Source: Gammaproteobacteria bacterium
Lineage (GTDB): Bacteria; Pseudomonadota; Gammaproteobacteria; Steroidobacterales; JABDKV01
DNA length: 64,000 bases
Assembly (NCBI GenBank): GCA_024638445.1
Contig: JAHEKH010000002.1
Location: 4,172-68,171 of the forward strand
Reading direction: 5' to 3'
A program made the translations under genes and the position numbers. Positions 28,615-38,071 of the stretch are shown in pieces. The notes beneath the pieces are model-generated. The model did no database searches, was not told where the DNA came from, and saw only the letters and a list, made by a program, of their open reading frames with translations. The number at the start of each line of letters is the position of its first letter. Position 1 is the stretch's first letter.

Positions 28615-29771
28615 GAATCGTTGCCGGGCATTTCCTTGATGTAGACGTCCCGCTTGGCGTACGGAATCTCGATTCCGGCTTCGTTAAACGCTTTGTTGAC
28701 GTCCATCAGCAGCTCGTGACGCATCCGGCCGCGGTCTTCCGGCTGGTCGATCCAGCAGAGCAGCTCGAAATCGATGCTGGACGCCCCGAAACCCCGCATA
28801 CGGACGCGAGCGGCCGGAGTCTCGCAAACGCCGGACTTGCTGTTGGCGACCTTCATGAGCGTGTCGCAAACGAGATCGAGATCGGAACCGTAGGCCACGC
28901 CGACGGGAATACGCACCCGCAGCTTTTCCCACGGGCCACCGCTCTCGTTGATGATCTTGGCGTTGCCGATGACCGCATTGGGTACCGTTATCTCGATGTC
29001 GTCGCGGGTCAGCAGGCGGGTGCTGCGCATGCCGACATGAGTCACCTTGCCGCGTTCGCCAGAGTCGAGGTTGACGTAGTCGCCAATCGTGTAAGGAGCG
29101 TCCGCCAGGATAAAAAAGCCCGAAAAGAGGTTTGCCAGGGTGTCGCGGGCAGCGAAACCCACCGCGATACCAACGATACCGGCCGAGGCGAGCCAGCCGG
29201 CAGGGTTGATTCCCCAGATCATCAGCAGGGCATAACTGCCCACCAGGAGCGCACCCAGTTTGGCGATCAGGTCGAACAGTGGAACCGTGCGCTCCTCGAT
29301 GATGCGGAACCGGTCCGACAGACCCGACAGGGCGCGGAACACAACGCCCGACAGCCTGAAGGCCGCCATCATCCAGATCACGGCGATAATCGACAGCAGC
29401 AGGTTGATCGTGATGGTCGTGACCCCGTCGGGCAGCAGCGCGGCCCGGGTGGCCAGCGTGAGCCCGAACAGGAATACGGTATTGAAGATCGGCCGGCTGA
29501 GCAGTTGGACCACTGCATCGTCGAGAGTGCTCGACGTGTGTCGGGTCAGCCGATGAATGCTGCGTAGCAACAGCCCGCGCACCAGGTAAGCGAAACCGAA
29601 AAACAGCAGTGCAATCGCCAGTGCACCAATGATCGGGTAGTGCGCGACGATCTCCCAGTAAGGCTTGATCGCCTCCGGCAGGTAGTCGGTGAACTCCGGC
29701 AGGGACTCGGCGATGTTCGCAGGTTCTGCCGCCGTTTTTTCGGTGGTGGTGTTTGTGGTTTCTTCAGCCAT
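28611..29771 (-). CDS. Mechanosensitive ion channel (MscS) family protein
   Basis: TM helices followed by the MscS beta-domain (GDYVNLDSGERGKVTHVGMRSTRLLTRDDIEITVPN). Confidence 0.88.
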   Translation of the reverse strand: MAEETTNTTTEKTAAEPANIAESLPEFTDYLPEAIKPYWEIVAHYPIIGALAIALLFFGFAYLVRGLLLRSIHRLTRHTSSTLDDAVVQLLSRPIFNTVFLFGLTLATRAALLPDGVTTITINLLLSIIAVIWMMAAFRLSGVVFRALSGLSDRFRIIEERTVPLFDLIAKLGALLVGSYALLMIWGINPAGWLASAGIVGIAVGFAARDTLANLFSGFFILADAPYTIGDYVNLDSGERGKVTHVGMRSTRLLTRDDIEITVPNAVIGNAKIINESGGPWEKLRVRIPVGVAYGSDLDLVCDTLMKVANSKSGVCETPAARVRMRGFGASSIDFELLCWIDQPEDRGRMRHELLMDVNKAFNEAGIEIPYAKRDVYIKEMPGNDS

Positions 29772-30555
29772 GACTCGTCTTCAATATGGTCTTGTTTTCG
29801 GCTATCAGCTTCTTGCGGTAACGCGACTGAACGATGTCGCTGAGCCCCATGACCACAATAACGAAATAAAACGTTGTCTTGGTCATCGGAACGATCTCGT
29901 TGCCAAAGAGTTTCAGGTGGGCGAGGTGGCCGCCCTCCGTAATCAGCATGATGCCGACCACGAGGAGGATGAACAGGCCCAGCACTTCGTACATGCGGTT
30001 TTTCTCGAGGAAAGTGGCAACCTGGTCGGACAGCCAGATCATTAGCGCGCCACCGATCAGGATCGCCGTGGCCATTACCGCGAATACGTCGGTAAGGGCA
30101 ATGGCGCTCAGGATGCTGTCAAAAGAAAATACCAGGTTCATGGCCACGATCAGCGACACGACCTTGACCACTGAGCTGGGCTTGCGGGACTCGTGGCCGA
30201 GATCCTCGATGCTCATCATGTGGAAGATCTCCTTGGTGGCGGTATAGATAATGAAAATACCGCCGAGCAGGACGATGATTGCATGAAAATTGAAGGTGCC
30301 TTCGACGATTTCGCCCAGGCGGATGTCGAACCACGGGTTCTGGAACAGCGTGATGACCTTCAGGATGATGAACAGCAACACGATGCGCAGCGCCACGGCC
30401 AGGCCGATACCCCAGCGGCGAACCGCAGCCTGGTTTTCGGCCGGCGCGCGCTTGGATTCGAGCGAGATATAAAGCAGGTTGTCGAACCCGAGCACCGCCT
30501 GCAGCACTGTCAGCATGAGCAGGGTGACGAGGTTGTCGAGGGTGAACAGTTCCAT
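29764..30555 (-). CDS. TerC family integral membrane protein
   Basis: LQAVLGFDNLLYISL and SFDSILSAIAL TerC signature segments. 8-nt overlap with the MscS gene start. Confidence 0.88.
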   Translation of the reverse strand: MELFTLDNLVTLLMLTVLQAVLGFDNLLYISLESKRAPAENQAAVRRWGIGLAVALRIVLLFIILKVITLFQNPWFDIRLGEIVEGTFNFHAIIVLLGGIFIIYTATKEIFHMMSIEDLGHESRKPSSVVKVVSLIVAMNLVFSFDSILSAIALTDVFAVMATAILIGGALMIWLSDQVATFLEKNRMYEVLGLFILLVVGIMLITEGGHLAHLKLFGNEIVPMTKTTFYFVIVVMGLSDIVQSRYRKKLIAENKTILKTSHG

Positions 30556-30641
30556 GGGGGCTCCGCAATCAGGTCGTCAAGCCGCGTATTCTACCGGGTC
30601 CGGGCGAGAAGTCTCGCCGGCTGACGGGTCCGGGCCGGTGT

Positions 30642-31256
30642 TCAGCGGGCGGGGGACCGCAGGCGGTAAAAAAGGCGTATGCCGAGCAGAACGGCAAGAA
30701 TTACCGCGTAGATGACCGGTTCACGAATGTCCTCTTTGACCTGCCACCAGAAGTGCCAGACACCGAGGATCGCGGCCGGGTATACCAGCCGGTGGAGGGC
30801 CTGCCAGCGGCGGCCGAGGCGACGCATCATCCCTTTGGTCGAGGTCAGCGCCAGTGGGATCAGCATCAGCAGGGCCACGATCCCCAGCGTGATATACGGA
30901 CGCTCCACAATGTCTTCAAAGATCGGCCCCAGCGCCAGGCGCTGGTCGAGCAGGGCATACACGAGAAAATGGACGCTGATGTAAAAGAATGCGAACAATC
31001 CCAGCATCCGGCGAAAACGGACCAGCCAGTTCAGGCCGCTGATGCGGCGTAGCGGCGTCACGGCGAGAGTGATCAGCAGGAACCGCAGACCCCATTCTCC
31101 CGCCTCGTGCAGCAGTTCCTCGATCGGGTTGGCGCCGAGGCTCTGGCCGCCGATTTCGAATGTTGCGAGCACCAGGAACACCGCCGGCAACAGCGCGGCG
31201 GCAAATACCATCACCTTCAGCGCGCGCAGGGTCGCGTTGGACGGCGCCCGGCGCAC
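30642..31256 (-). CDS. msrQ: Protein-methionine-sulfoxide reductase heme-binding subunit MsrQ (YedZ)
   Basis: Six-TM ferric-reductase-like protein immediately downstream of msrP. Confidence 0.85.
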   Translation of the reverse strand: MRRAPSNATLRALKVMVFAAALLPAVFLVLATFEIGGQSLGANPIEELLHEAGEWGLRFLLITLAVTPLRRISGLNWLVRFRRMLGLFAFFYISVHFLVYALLDQRLALGPIFEDIVERPYITLGIVALLMLIPLALTSTKGMMRRLGRRWQALHRLVYPAAILGVWHFWWQVKEDIREPVIYAVILAVLLGIRLFYRLRSPAR

Positions 31257-31259
31257 TGC

Positions 31260-32273
<1,014 letters not shown>

Positions 32274-32300
32274 CGTCGGCGCGTAGTGGTTCCCGATGCT

Positions 32301-33689
32301 TCAGCGGGAAACGCGAAAAAGCACGATTCCCAGCACGAACCAGGCAATGACCAGCAGCCACTCCTGCGGCCAGACCAGCGCCGCGGGCATGCCGGGGAGA
32401 TAAAGGGCCGCCATGACGACGCTGGCAACCAGTCCGAAAACGCCGGTGGCCTGGCCACCGGGAAGCCTGAAGGGGCGCGTCAGCTGCGGCTCGCGCCGCC
32501 GCAGCACCACGAAGCTGGCGCAAACGAAAATATAGGCAATCATCAGCCCGAAGCCGCCGCCATCGACGAACCAGATCAGCGCCTGGCGGCCGAGGAACGG
32601 CGCCAGCGCACCGATGATACCGATAAACAGCAGCGCGTTAACCGGGGTATGCCGGCGGTTGTGCAGCTTGCCGAACCAGCGTGGCACCATGCCCGAGTCG
32701 CCCAGCGCAAAGAGCGCGCGGCTGCCCCCGACCAGGAAGCCATTCCAGCTGGTGAGAATTCCGGCCACCCCGCCACACAGTAACAACAGCGCGCCGGTCC
32801 GGCCCCACGCCGCTTCCGCGGCGCTCACCGTCGCCAGTTCAACGCTGTTGCGTTGTTCGAGAGTCAGCAGCATGCCGACCGCCAGTTCGATCAGCAGGTA
32901 CCAGGCAACAGCGACCACGATCGAGAGCACCAGCAACAGTCCGATCCGGCGTGGCGGCAGATCGATCTCCTCGGCGGTCTGGGGAATGATGTCAAAACCG
33001 ACCAGCATGAACGGAACCAGCGCCATCGCGGCAAAAACACCCCTTAGCCCGTTGTTCAGCAGCGGGCTCATGTTGCTGCTTTCGCCCTTCATGCCGAGAC
33101 CGGCGAAGAGCGCCAGTCCCGCCAGCAGGATGACCACGACGACGATAGCCTGCAGCATCGCGGAAATCCGGACACCCCGAATATTGACCCAGGTCAGCAG
33201 CAGCGAAGTCCCGGCGCCGATCAGCGCCTGGTCGAGGAATACATCGCTGCCACCGATCTGCCAGAGTGGGCCATTGCCGAGCACCGGGAACAGGTGCGTC
33301 ATCACCGTCGGAAGCGCAACAGCTTCGAACGCAACTACCGAAACATACGCGAACACGATGGCCCAGGTGCATACGAAGCTGGCGTTGCGTCCCATCGCCC
33401 GCAGGCTGTAGACGTGCTCGCCGCCGACCTCGGGCATGGCGGCCGTCAGCTCGGCATAGATCGCGCCGATAACGACGATGACGAATCCGGCGGCGAGCGT
33501 TGCGAGCAGTGCGCCGCCCGATCCGCTGCGCTGCATCAGGGGCGCAATCAGGACGACCCACGACCAGCCGATCATCGCCCCGAAGGAAAGCGCCAGGGTT
33601 TCCCACTGCCGCAGGGTGCGTACAAGGCCGTGATCGCTGAGGTGCCTGCGCGGGCCGGGCTCGCCATTGTCCGGTGCACTATTTGTCAT
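32301..33689 (-). CDS. APC superfamily amino acid permease
   Basis: 462-aa, 12-TM protein with an APC-like N-terminus (ALSFGAMIGWSW). Confidence 0.85.
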   Translation of the reverse strand: MTNSAPDNGEPGPRRHLSDHGLVRTLRQWETLALSFGAMIGWSWVVLIAPLMQRSGSGGALLATLAAGFVIVVIGAIYAELTAAMPEVGGEHVYSLRAMGRNASFVCTWAIVFAYVSVVAFEAVALPTVMTHLFPVLGNGPLWQIGGSDVFLDQALIGAGTSLLLTWVNIRGVRISAMLQAIVVVVILLAGLALFAGLGMKGESSNMSPLLNNGLRGVFAAMALVPFMLVGFDIIPQTAEEIDLPPRRIGLLLVLSIVVAVAWYLLIELAVGMLLTLEQRNSVELATVSAAEAAWGRTGALLLLCGGVAGILTSWNGFLVGGSRALFALGDSGMVPRWFGKLHNRRHTPVNALLFIGIIGALAPFLGRQALIWFVDGGGFGLMIAYIFVCASFVVLRRREPQLTRPFRLPGGQATGVFGLVASVVMAALYLPGMPAALVWPQEWLLVIAWFVLGIVLFRVSR

Positions 33690-33879
33690 GAAATTAGCGC
33701 TTTACAAATTCAGGCTCAGTCATGCCGTCGCAGACTAGTTTTTTTCCCTCCAACAAGCAAAACACGCCGGAAAAGAGGGTTTGTGCAGGAAACAGGCCGC
33801 CAAATTGCGACATTCTGTTGAATCGTTTCGACGGACGGATGCCCCGGATGCCATAATTAAGACAAGTCAGGAGCCAAAA

Positions 33880-34872
33880 ATGAAAATTAAGGTGTGTCTC
33901 CTGCTCGTCATGGTTGCATGGATGCAGCCGGTACTGGCGCAGCAGTTTTATCTGAATATACGGGCCGCCGTCACAGGTGACGAAGGGTTGATCGAGGAAG
34001 AGCATCTGTTCGAATCGATCTTCCAGGATACGTTCCTGGTTTCCGCTACCCGCACCCTGCCGCCACCGGTGGGTACGGTTACCGTAACCAGCGAATCTTC
34101 GGCCAGCCTGATTACGGGCGAGCTCAATGTCCGCAATGACTGTCCGGATGTGCCGGATGCCTGTAATGGCGACGCCGCGTGGACCGATACGCTGACTTTC
34201 GATGCCACGGCAGTGCCGGTCGGGCAACAGATCCCGCTGTCGGTGACGATCGACGTGACCGGTTACTACGGCGCTACCCAGGGTACGGGATACACGGTAC
34301 TTGCTGAATCCACTGCCGCCAGTGCCGTCGTGGACACCTTGCGCGCCAACGTCGGTTACTGGAATCCTACCCTGACCGAGACCAACAACCCGGACGGTTT
34401 CCAGGAGTTCCAGAGAGACGGGACCTGGTTCCTGTTTGGACCCGATCGATTCGAGGGTCAGCTGATGTTGGTCGGCGGCGAAGTGAATACGGTGCACCTC
34501 GAGACTTCGCTCTCGGGCAGCGCCGATATGGATATCACCACAGACATCCTGTTGCTGGCCTCGCTGCCGTTTACGTCAGCGTCTGGCGTATTCCTGGTGC
34601 CGGACTATGACCTGGATGGCGTGGTCAACCAGCTGGACAACTGCCCCAATCACGCCAACCCGGAACAGACTGACAGCGACGACGATGGCTACGGCAATCG
34701 CTGCGACCCCGACCTGAACAACGATGAGACAGTTAACTTCCTCGATCTGCAGATCATGAGCGATGTGTTCTTCACTGACGATGCCGACGCCGATCTCGAC
34801 AGCGACGGTTTCGTCAACTTCCTCGACCTGCAGATCATGGAAGACTTCTTCTTCAGTTCGCCCGGCCGCTAG
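33880..34872 (+). CDS. Secreted protein with a C-terminal thrombospondin type 3 repeat and two dockerin/EF-hand-like loops
   Basis: ATG 33880 with aggag at 33869-33873. Signal peptide MKIKVCLLLVMVAWMQPVLAQ. DYDLDGVVNQLDNCPNHANPEQTDSDDDGYGNRCD (TSP3 consensus), then DLNNDETVNFLDLQIM and DLDSDGFVNFLDLQIM. Confidence 0.75.
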   Translation: MKIKVCLLLVMVAWMQPVLAQQFYLNIRAAVTGDEGLIEEEHLFESIFQDTFLVSATRTLPPPVGTVTVTSESSASLITGELNVRNDCPDVPDACNGDAAWTDTLTFDATAVPVGQQIPLSVTIDVTGYYGATQGTGYTVLAESTAASAVVDTLRANVGYWNPTLTETNNPDGFQEFQRDGTWFLFGPDRFEGQLMLVGGEVNTVHLETSLSGSADMDITTDILLLASLPFTSASGVFLVPDYDLDGVVNQLDNCPNHANPEQTDSDDDGYGNRCDPDLNNDETVNFLDLQIMSDVFFTDDADADLDSDGFVNFLDLQIMEDFFFSSPGR

Positions 34873-34896
34873 CCCCGGCGCGAATGTCGGTCGTGC

Positions 34897-36366
34897 TCAG
34901 GCGGCGGCATCTACCGGCAGGCCGACCGTGAAGCGGGTGCCGGTCTCGCGACGGCTTTCCACCGTGACATCCCCGCCGTGCAGGTCGACGATGCGCTTGA
35001 CGATAGCGAGGCCCAGCCCGGTGCTGTCACCGTGATCCTTTGACCCGTAGAAACGATCGAAGATATGCGGCAGGGCCTCGGCATCGATCCCGCAGCCGGT
35101 GTCACTGACGGTAATTCGATACCGGTGATCTTCCTTTTGCAGTCCGACATGAACGATACCGCCTGCCGGCGTATGCCGGATGGCATTCTCGATCAGGTTC
35201 TCGAGCACGCGCTGGATCAGCCCGATATCGGCGTTGACGACCGTATCGGCAACCGGGGCATCGATCTGCAGCGACAGCTGCCGGTCTTCCGCAGCCAGCC
35301 GGAACTCCTGGCCGACATCCTGCAGCAGTTCTGCCAGCGCAAAGGTCTCCAGATGGGGTTGAACGTTGCCGGAATCGAGTTTGGCCAGTTCAAATAACTC
35401 GCTGACGAGCCGGGCGAGCTGCTGGCTGTGGCCGCGGGCGATCTCCAGGTATTGACGACGTTCCTCGTCACTGAGTGTCTTGTCCTTGAGCAGCAGGGTC
35501 TCGATGTAGCCCTGCATCGATGCGAGCGGAGTCCGCAGGTCGTGCGACACGTTGGAAATCAATTCGCGTCTCAGGCTGTCGGTTTTCTCCAGCCTGGTGA
35601 CCTGCTCGGCAATCCGGTGGGACATCGCGTTGAACGTCGCACCGAGCCGGTCGATCTCGTCCCCGTTAACCGTTTCGACCGGGTAATCGGGCACCGGGCG
35701 AAAGTTGTTTGCCGACAAGGTTTCGACGTGCTCACTCAGCAGCCGCAGCCGCCGGGTCAACAGCGAAAACAGGAACAGGCCCGCAATGACCGCGAACAGC
35801 AGGGTTATTGCGATCACTCCAACGCTGAGGTTACGAATGTAGCTGCCACGGACGGAGCTTGCCAGCGCATCGTATTGCTCCCCGCCGAGGATGACGTAAA
35901 CATAGCCGGCCAGGTCTCCACCGTCGGTTACCGGTGCGGCCGAGAAGATTTTCATGCCGGCGGGATCACGCGGGTCCTCGCCGACCAGCGGTAATCGCGT
36001 CGGGCCCTGCAGGAAGCGGGCAATCGGCGTCAGGTCGACGCGGGTTCGTTTCACCCGTTCCGGTGGTGCGGCGTGCGCCAGGATTTCTCCGTCACGGTCG
36101 AGCAGGTATACCTCGACGCTGGGATTAATGACCATGGCAAAATGCGCGAGCGCCTTCATCAGCTCGGCGTTCGGCTGTCCGCCGGAAATGAGCGGGCCTT
36201 CGTTGGCGATGTGGACCGACAGATCGCGATTGAGTCGTTGCGTAACTTCCTTGTAGTACAGATCGGTGCCCAGCCGGCCGATCAGGAAAAAGATCAAGCC
36301 GACGACCAGGAGAATGGCGAACAGCGCAGCCGAAATCCGTGCGTAGAGCGTATTGAGGAATCGCAT
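34897..36366 (-). CDS. Sensor histidine kinase (2 TM, HAMP, HisKA, HATPase_c)
   Basis: Start at ATG 36366 (MRFLNTLYAR), 5 nt after the regulator stop. H-box SNVSHDLRTPLASM, N-box ENLIENAIRHT, G-boxes DTGCGI and GLGLAIV. Confidence 0.9.
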   Translation of the reverse strand: MRFLNTLYARISAALFAILLVVGLIFFLIGRLGTDLYYKEVTQRLNRDLSVHIANEGPLISGGQPNAELMKALAHFAMVINPSVEVYLLDRDGEILAHAAPPERVKRTRVDLTPIARFLQGPTRLPLVGEDPRDPAGMKIFSAAPVTDGGDLAGYVYVILGGEQYDALASSVRGSYIRNLSVGVIAITLLFAVIAGLFLFSLLTRRLRLLSEHVETLSANNFRPVPDYPVETVNGDEIDRLGATFNAMSHRIAEQVTRLEKTDSLRRELISNVSHDLRTPLASMQGYIETLLLKDKTLSDEERRQYLEIARGHSQQLARLVSELFELAKLDSGNVQPHLETFALAELLQDVGQEFRLAAEDRQLSLQIDAPVADTVVNADIGLIQRVLENLIENAIRHTPAGGIVHVGLQKEDHRYRITVSDTGCGIDAEALPHIFDRFYGSKDHGDSTGLGLAIVKRIVDLHGGDVTVESRRETGTRFTVGLPVDAAA

Positions 36367-36371
36367 GCAGG

Positions 36372-37097
36372 CTATTCCGGCGAGCCGAGCTTGTAGCCGA
36401 CGCCCCAAACGGTAACCACGTATCGTGGATTGGAATGGTCGGGTTCGATTTTTGCCCGGAGCCGGTTGATGTGAGAGTTGACCGTATGCTCGTAGCCGTC
36501 GTGGCCGTATCCCCAGACGCTGTCGAGCAGCTGTGTCCGCGTAAAGACTTTGCCCGGATTTCGCATGAAATGATGCAACAGGTCGAATTCCCGGGCCGTC
36601 AGCTCGATGTTGCGACCATCCAGCGTCACCGTGCGGCTGGCCGGGTCGAGGCTGAGCGTGCCGACGTTCAAAGTCACCGCAATTTCGTCGCGGGCGCCGG
36701 CCAGGGCATCCGCCCGGCGAAAGATGGCGCGGGCCCGGGCGACGAGTTCCAGGACACTAAACGGCTTGGTCAGGTAGTCGTCGGCACCCGTTTCCAGTCC
36801 GACCACCCGGTCGAGTTCGGCGGACTTGGCCGTCACCATCAGGATCGGCGTGTAGTCAGGCCTTTGGCGAATCCGGCGGCAGATCTCCAGTCCGTCAACA
36901 CCCGGGAGACCGAGGTCGAGCACCACGAGGTCCCAGCGCCCGGCCAGGGCCTTGACCAGCCCGTCGCGGCCATCGCCACAAACGACCACCTCGTCGCAGA
37001 GGTCGCCGAGATGCAGCTGCAGCAGGCCGGCGATATCTGACTCGTCCTCGACGACCAGCGCCCGGCGGCCCGGTGTGTTTTTGGCGGTTTGCGGCAT
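36372..37097 (-). CDS. OmpR/PhoB family response regulator
   Basis: Start at ATG 37097 (MPQTAKNTPGRRALVVEDE). Receiver Asp in LVVLDLGLPG. Winged-helix output (LTAREFDLLHHF...VWGVGYKL). Confidence 0.92.
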   Translation of the reverse strand: MPQTAKNTPGRRALVVEDESDIAGLLQLHLGDLCDEVVVCGDGRDGLVKALAGRWDLVVLDLGLPGVDGLEICRRIRQRPDYTPILMVTAKSAELDRVVGLETGADDYLTKPFSVLELVARARAIFRRADALAGARDEIAVTLNVGTLSLDPASRTVTLDGRNIELTAREFDLLHHFMRNPGKVFTRTQLLDSVWGYGHDGYEHTVNSHINRLRAKIEPDHSNPRYVVTVWGVGYKLGSPE

Positions 37098-37125
37098 GGC
37101 AACCCAGTATTGTCGTGGCGAGTGG

Positions 37126-37196
37126 TCACGCAATTATCACGGCCGCTACATCCGGTCGCGTGATTGAATCGTGATAATTCCGCCACTATTCCGTGA
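37126..37196. promoter_or_regulatory. Helically phased CGTGA/TCACG pentamer array in the divergent regulator/spondin intergenic region (candidate response-regulator binding sites)
   Basis: TCACG at 37126 and 37137 (11-nt spacing). CGTGA at 37159, 37170 and 37192 (11- and 22-nt spacing; cgcca at 37181). The 10-mer aattatcacg (37132-37141) recurs inverted as cgtgataatt (37170-37179). Confidence 0.35.
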
Positions 37197-37249
37197 AGTC
37201 AGGAGTCTAGCATTCACCCCGGATCAAACTATTTAAGGGGTAGAGGGCA

Positions 37250-38029
37250 ATGAAAATCAGGAACCTGCTTGCGCTGGCGGTATCGGCCGGTCTGCTGGCG
37301 GCCGCGCCGGTACAGGCGCTGACCGTCGAAGTCACCATTCAGAACCTGGCACCGGTCAACGGCAATGCGCTGACGCCGATGTGGATCGGATTTCACGACG
37401 GCTCGTTCGACATTTATGACGCCGGCGCCCCGGCGTCCGGTTTCCTCGAGGCCCTGGCCGAGGATGGCAACACCGGGCCGATCAGCGATGCATTCGACGC
37501 CGGCGGTGGTTATGCGCAATCGACCGTGGCCGGCCCGGGCGGACCGATCATGCCCGGCGAGGTTGCAACGTTTCGTATCGAGCTCGATCCGGGCAACCCG
37601 ACCTGGTTCAGCTTTGCAGCGATGATATTGCCCAGCAACGATGCGTTCATCGCCAACGGCGATCCGCTGGCGCATCAGCTGTTTGACGGCAGCGGTGGGT
37701 TTACCGCGATCGACCTGTTTCTGCTGGGCACGAGCGTGCTCGATGCGGGCACGGAAGTGAATGACGAGTTTCCGGAGAACACGGCGTTTTTTGGTCAGAG
37801 CATGCCGAACACGGGTGTCACCGAAGGTGGCGTCGTCGGTCCCCATCCCGGTTTTCTGCCTGCCGGCAGCGGCGGCATCCTGGACGATCCGGCGTTCGCC
37901 AACGCCGATTTCCTGCGGGAGAACTATCCGATCGCGCAGATCCGCGTAAGTGCGGTGCCGGTGCCGGGTGCGCTGGTACTGATGCTGTCTGGACTGGCAG
38001 GCCTGGTGGGATTCAGTCGTCGGGGCTGA
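37250..38029 (+). CDS. Spondin_N domain protein with PEP-CTERM-like (VPxP) sorting signal
   Basis: Signal peptide MKIRNLLALAVSAGLLAAAPVQA. LTPMWIGFHDGSFD, LAEDGNTGP and AAMILPSNDAFIANG resemble bacterial spondin_N proteins. C-terminus is VPVPGALVLMLSGLAGLVGFSRRG. Confidence 0.75.
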   Translation: MKIRNLLALAVSAGLLAAAPVQALTVEVTIQNLAPVNGNALTPMWIGFHDGSFDIYDAGAPASGFLEALAEDGNTGPISDAFDAGGGYAQSTVAGPGGPIMPGEVATFRIELDPGNPTWFSFAAMILPSNDAFIANGDPLAHQLFDGSGGFTAIDLFLLGTSVLDAGTEVNDEFPENTAFFGQSMPNTGVTEGGVVGPHPGFLPAGSGGILDDPAFANADFLRENYPIAQIRVSAVPVPGALVLMLSGLAGLVGFSRRG

Positions 38030-38038
38030 CTGTGTTTT

Positions 38039-38063
38039 GCCGGGGCGGGCAATCCGTCCCGGC
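38039..38063. terminator. GC-rich hairpin between convergent genes (weak U-tract)
   Basis: gccggggcgg-gcaat-ccgtcccggc: 10-bp stem with one G-T wobble. Lies between the spondin stop (38029) and the ALS-like stop (38072). No strong T-run on either side. Confidence 0.4.
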
Positions 38064-38071
38064 ATCCCGTT

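Noticed and set aside
30556-30641. yybP-ykoY (manganese) riboswitch upstream of the TerC-family gene
   Set aside because: The gap to msrQ is only 86 nt, too short for the four-helix element, and I could not find its conserved loop sequences.
37229-38065. 278-aa minus-strand ORF overlapping the spondin-like gene
   Set aside because: The plus-strand frame has a signal peptide, spondin_N-like motifs and a PEP-CTERM-like tail. The minus-strand translation is Arg/Gln-rich and featureless.
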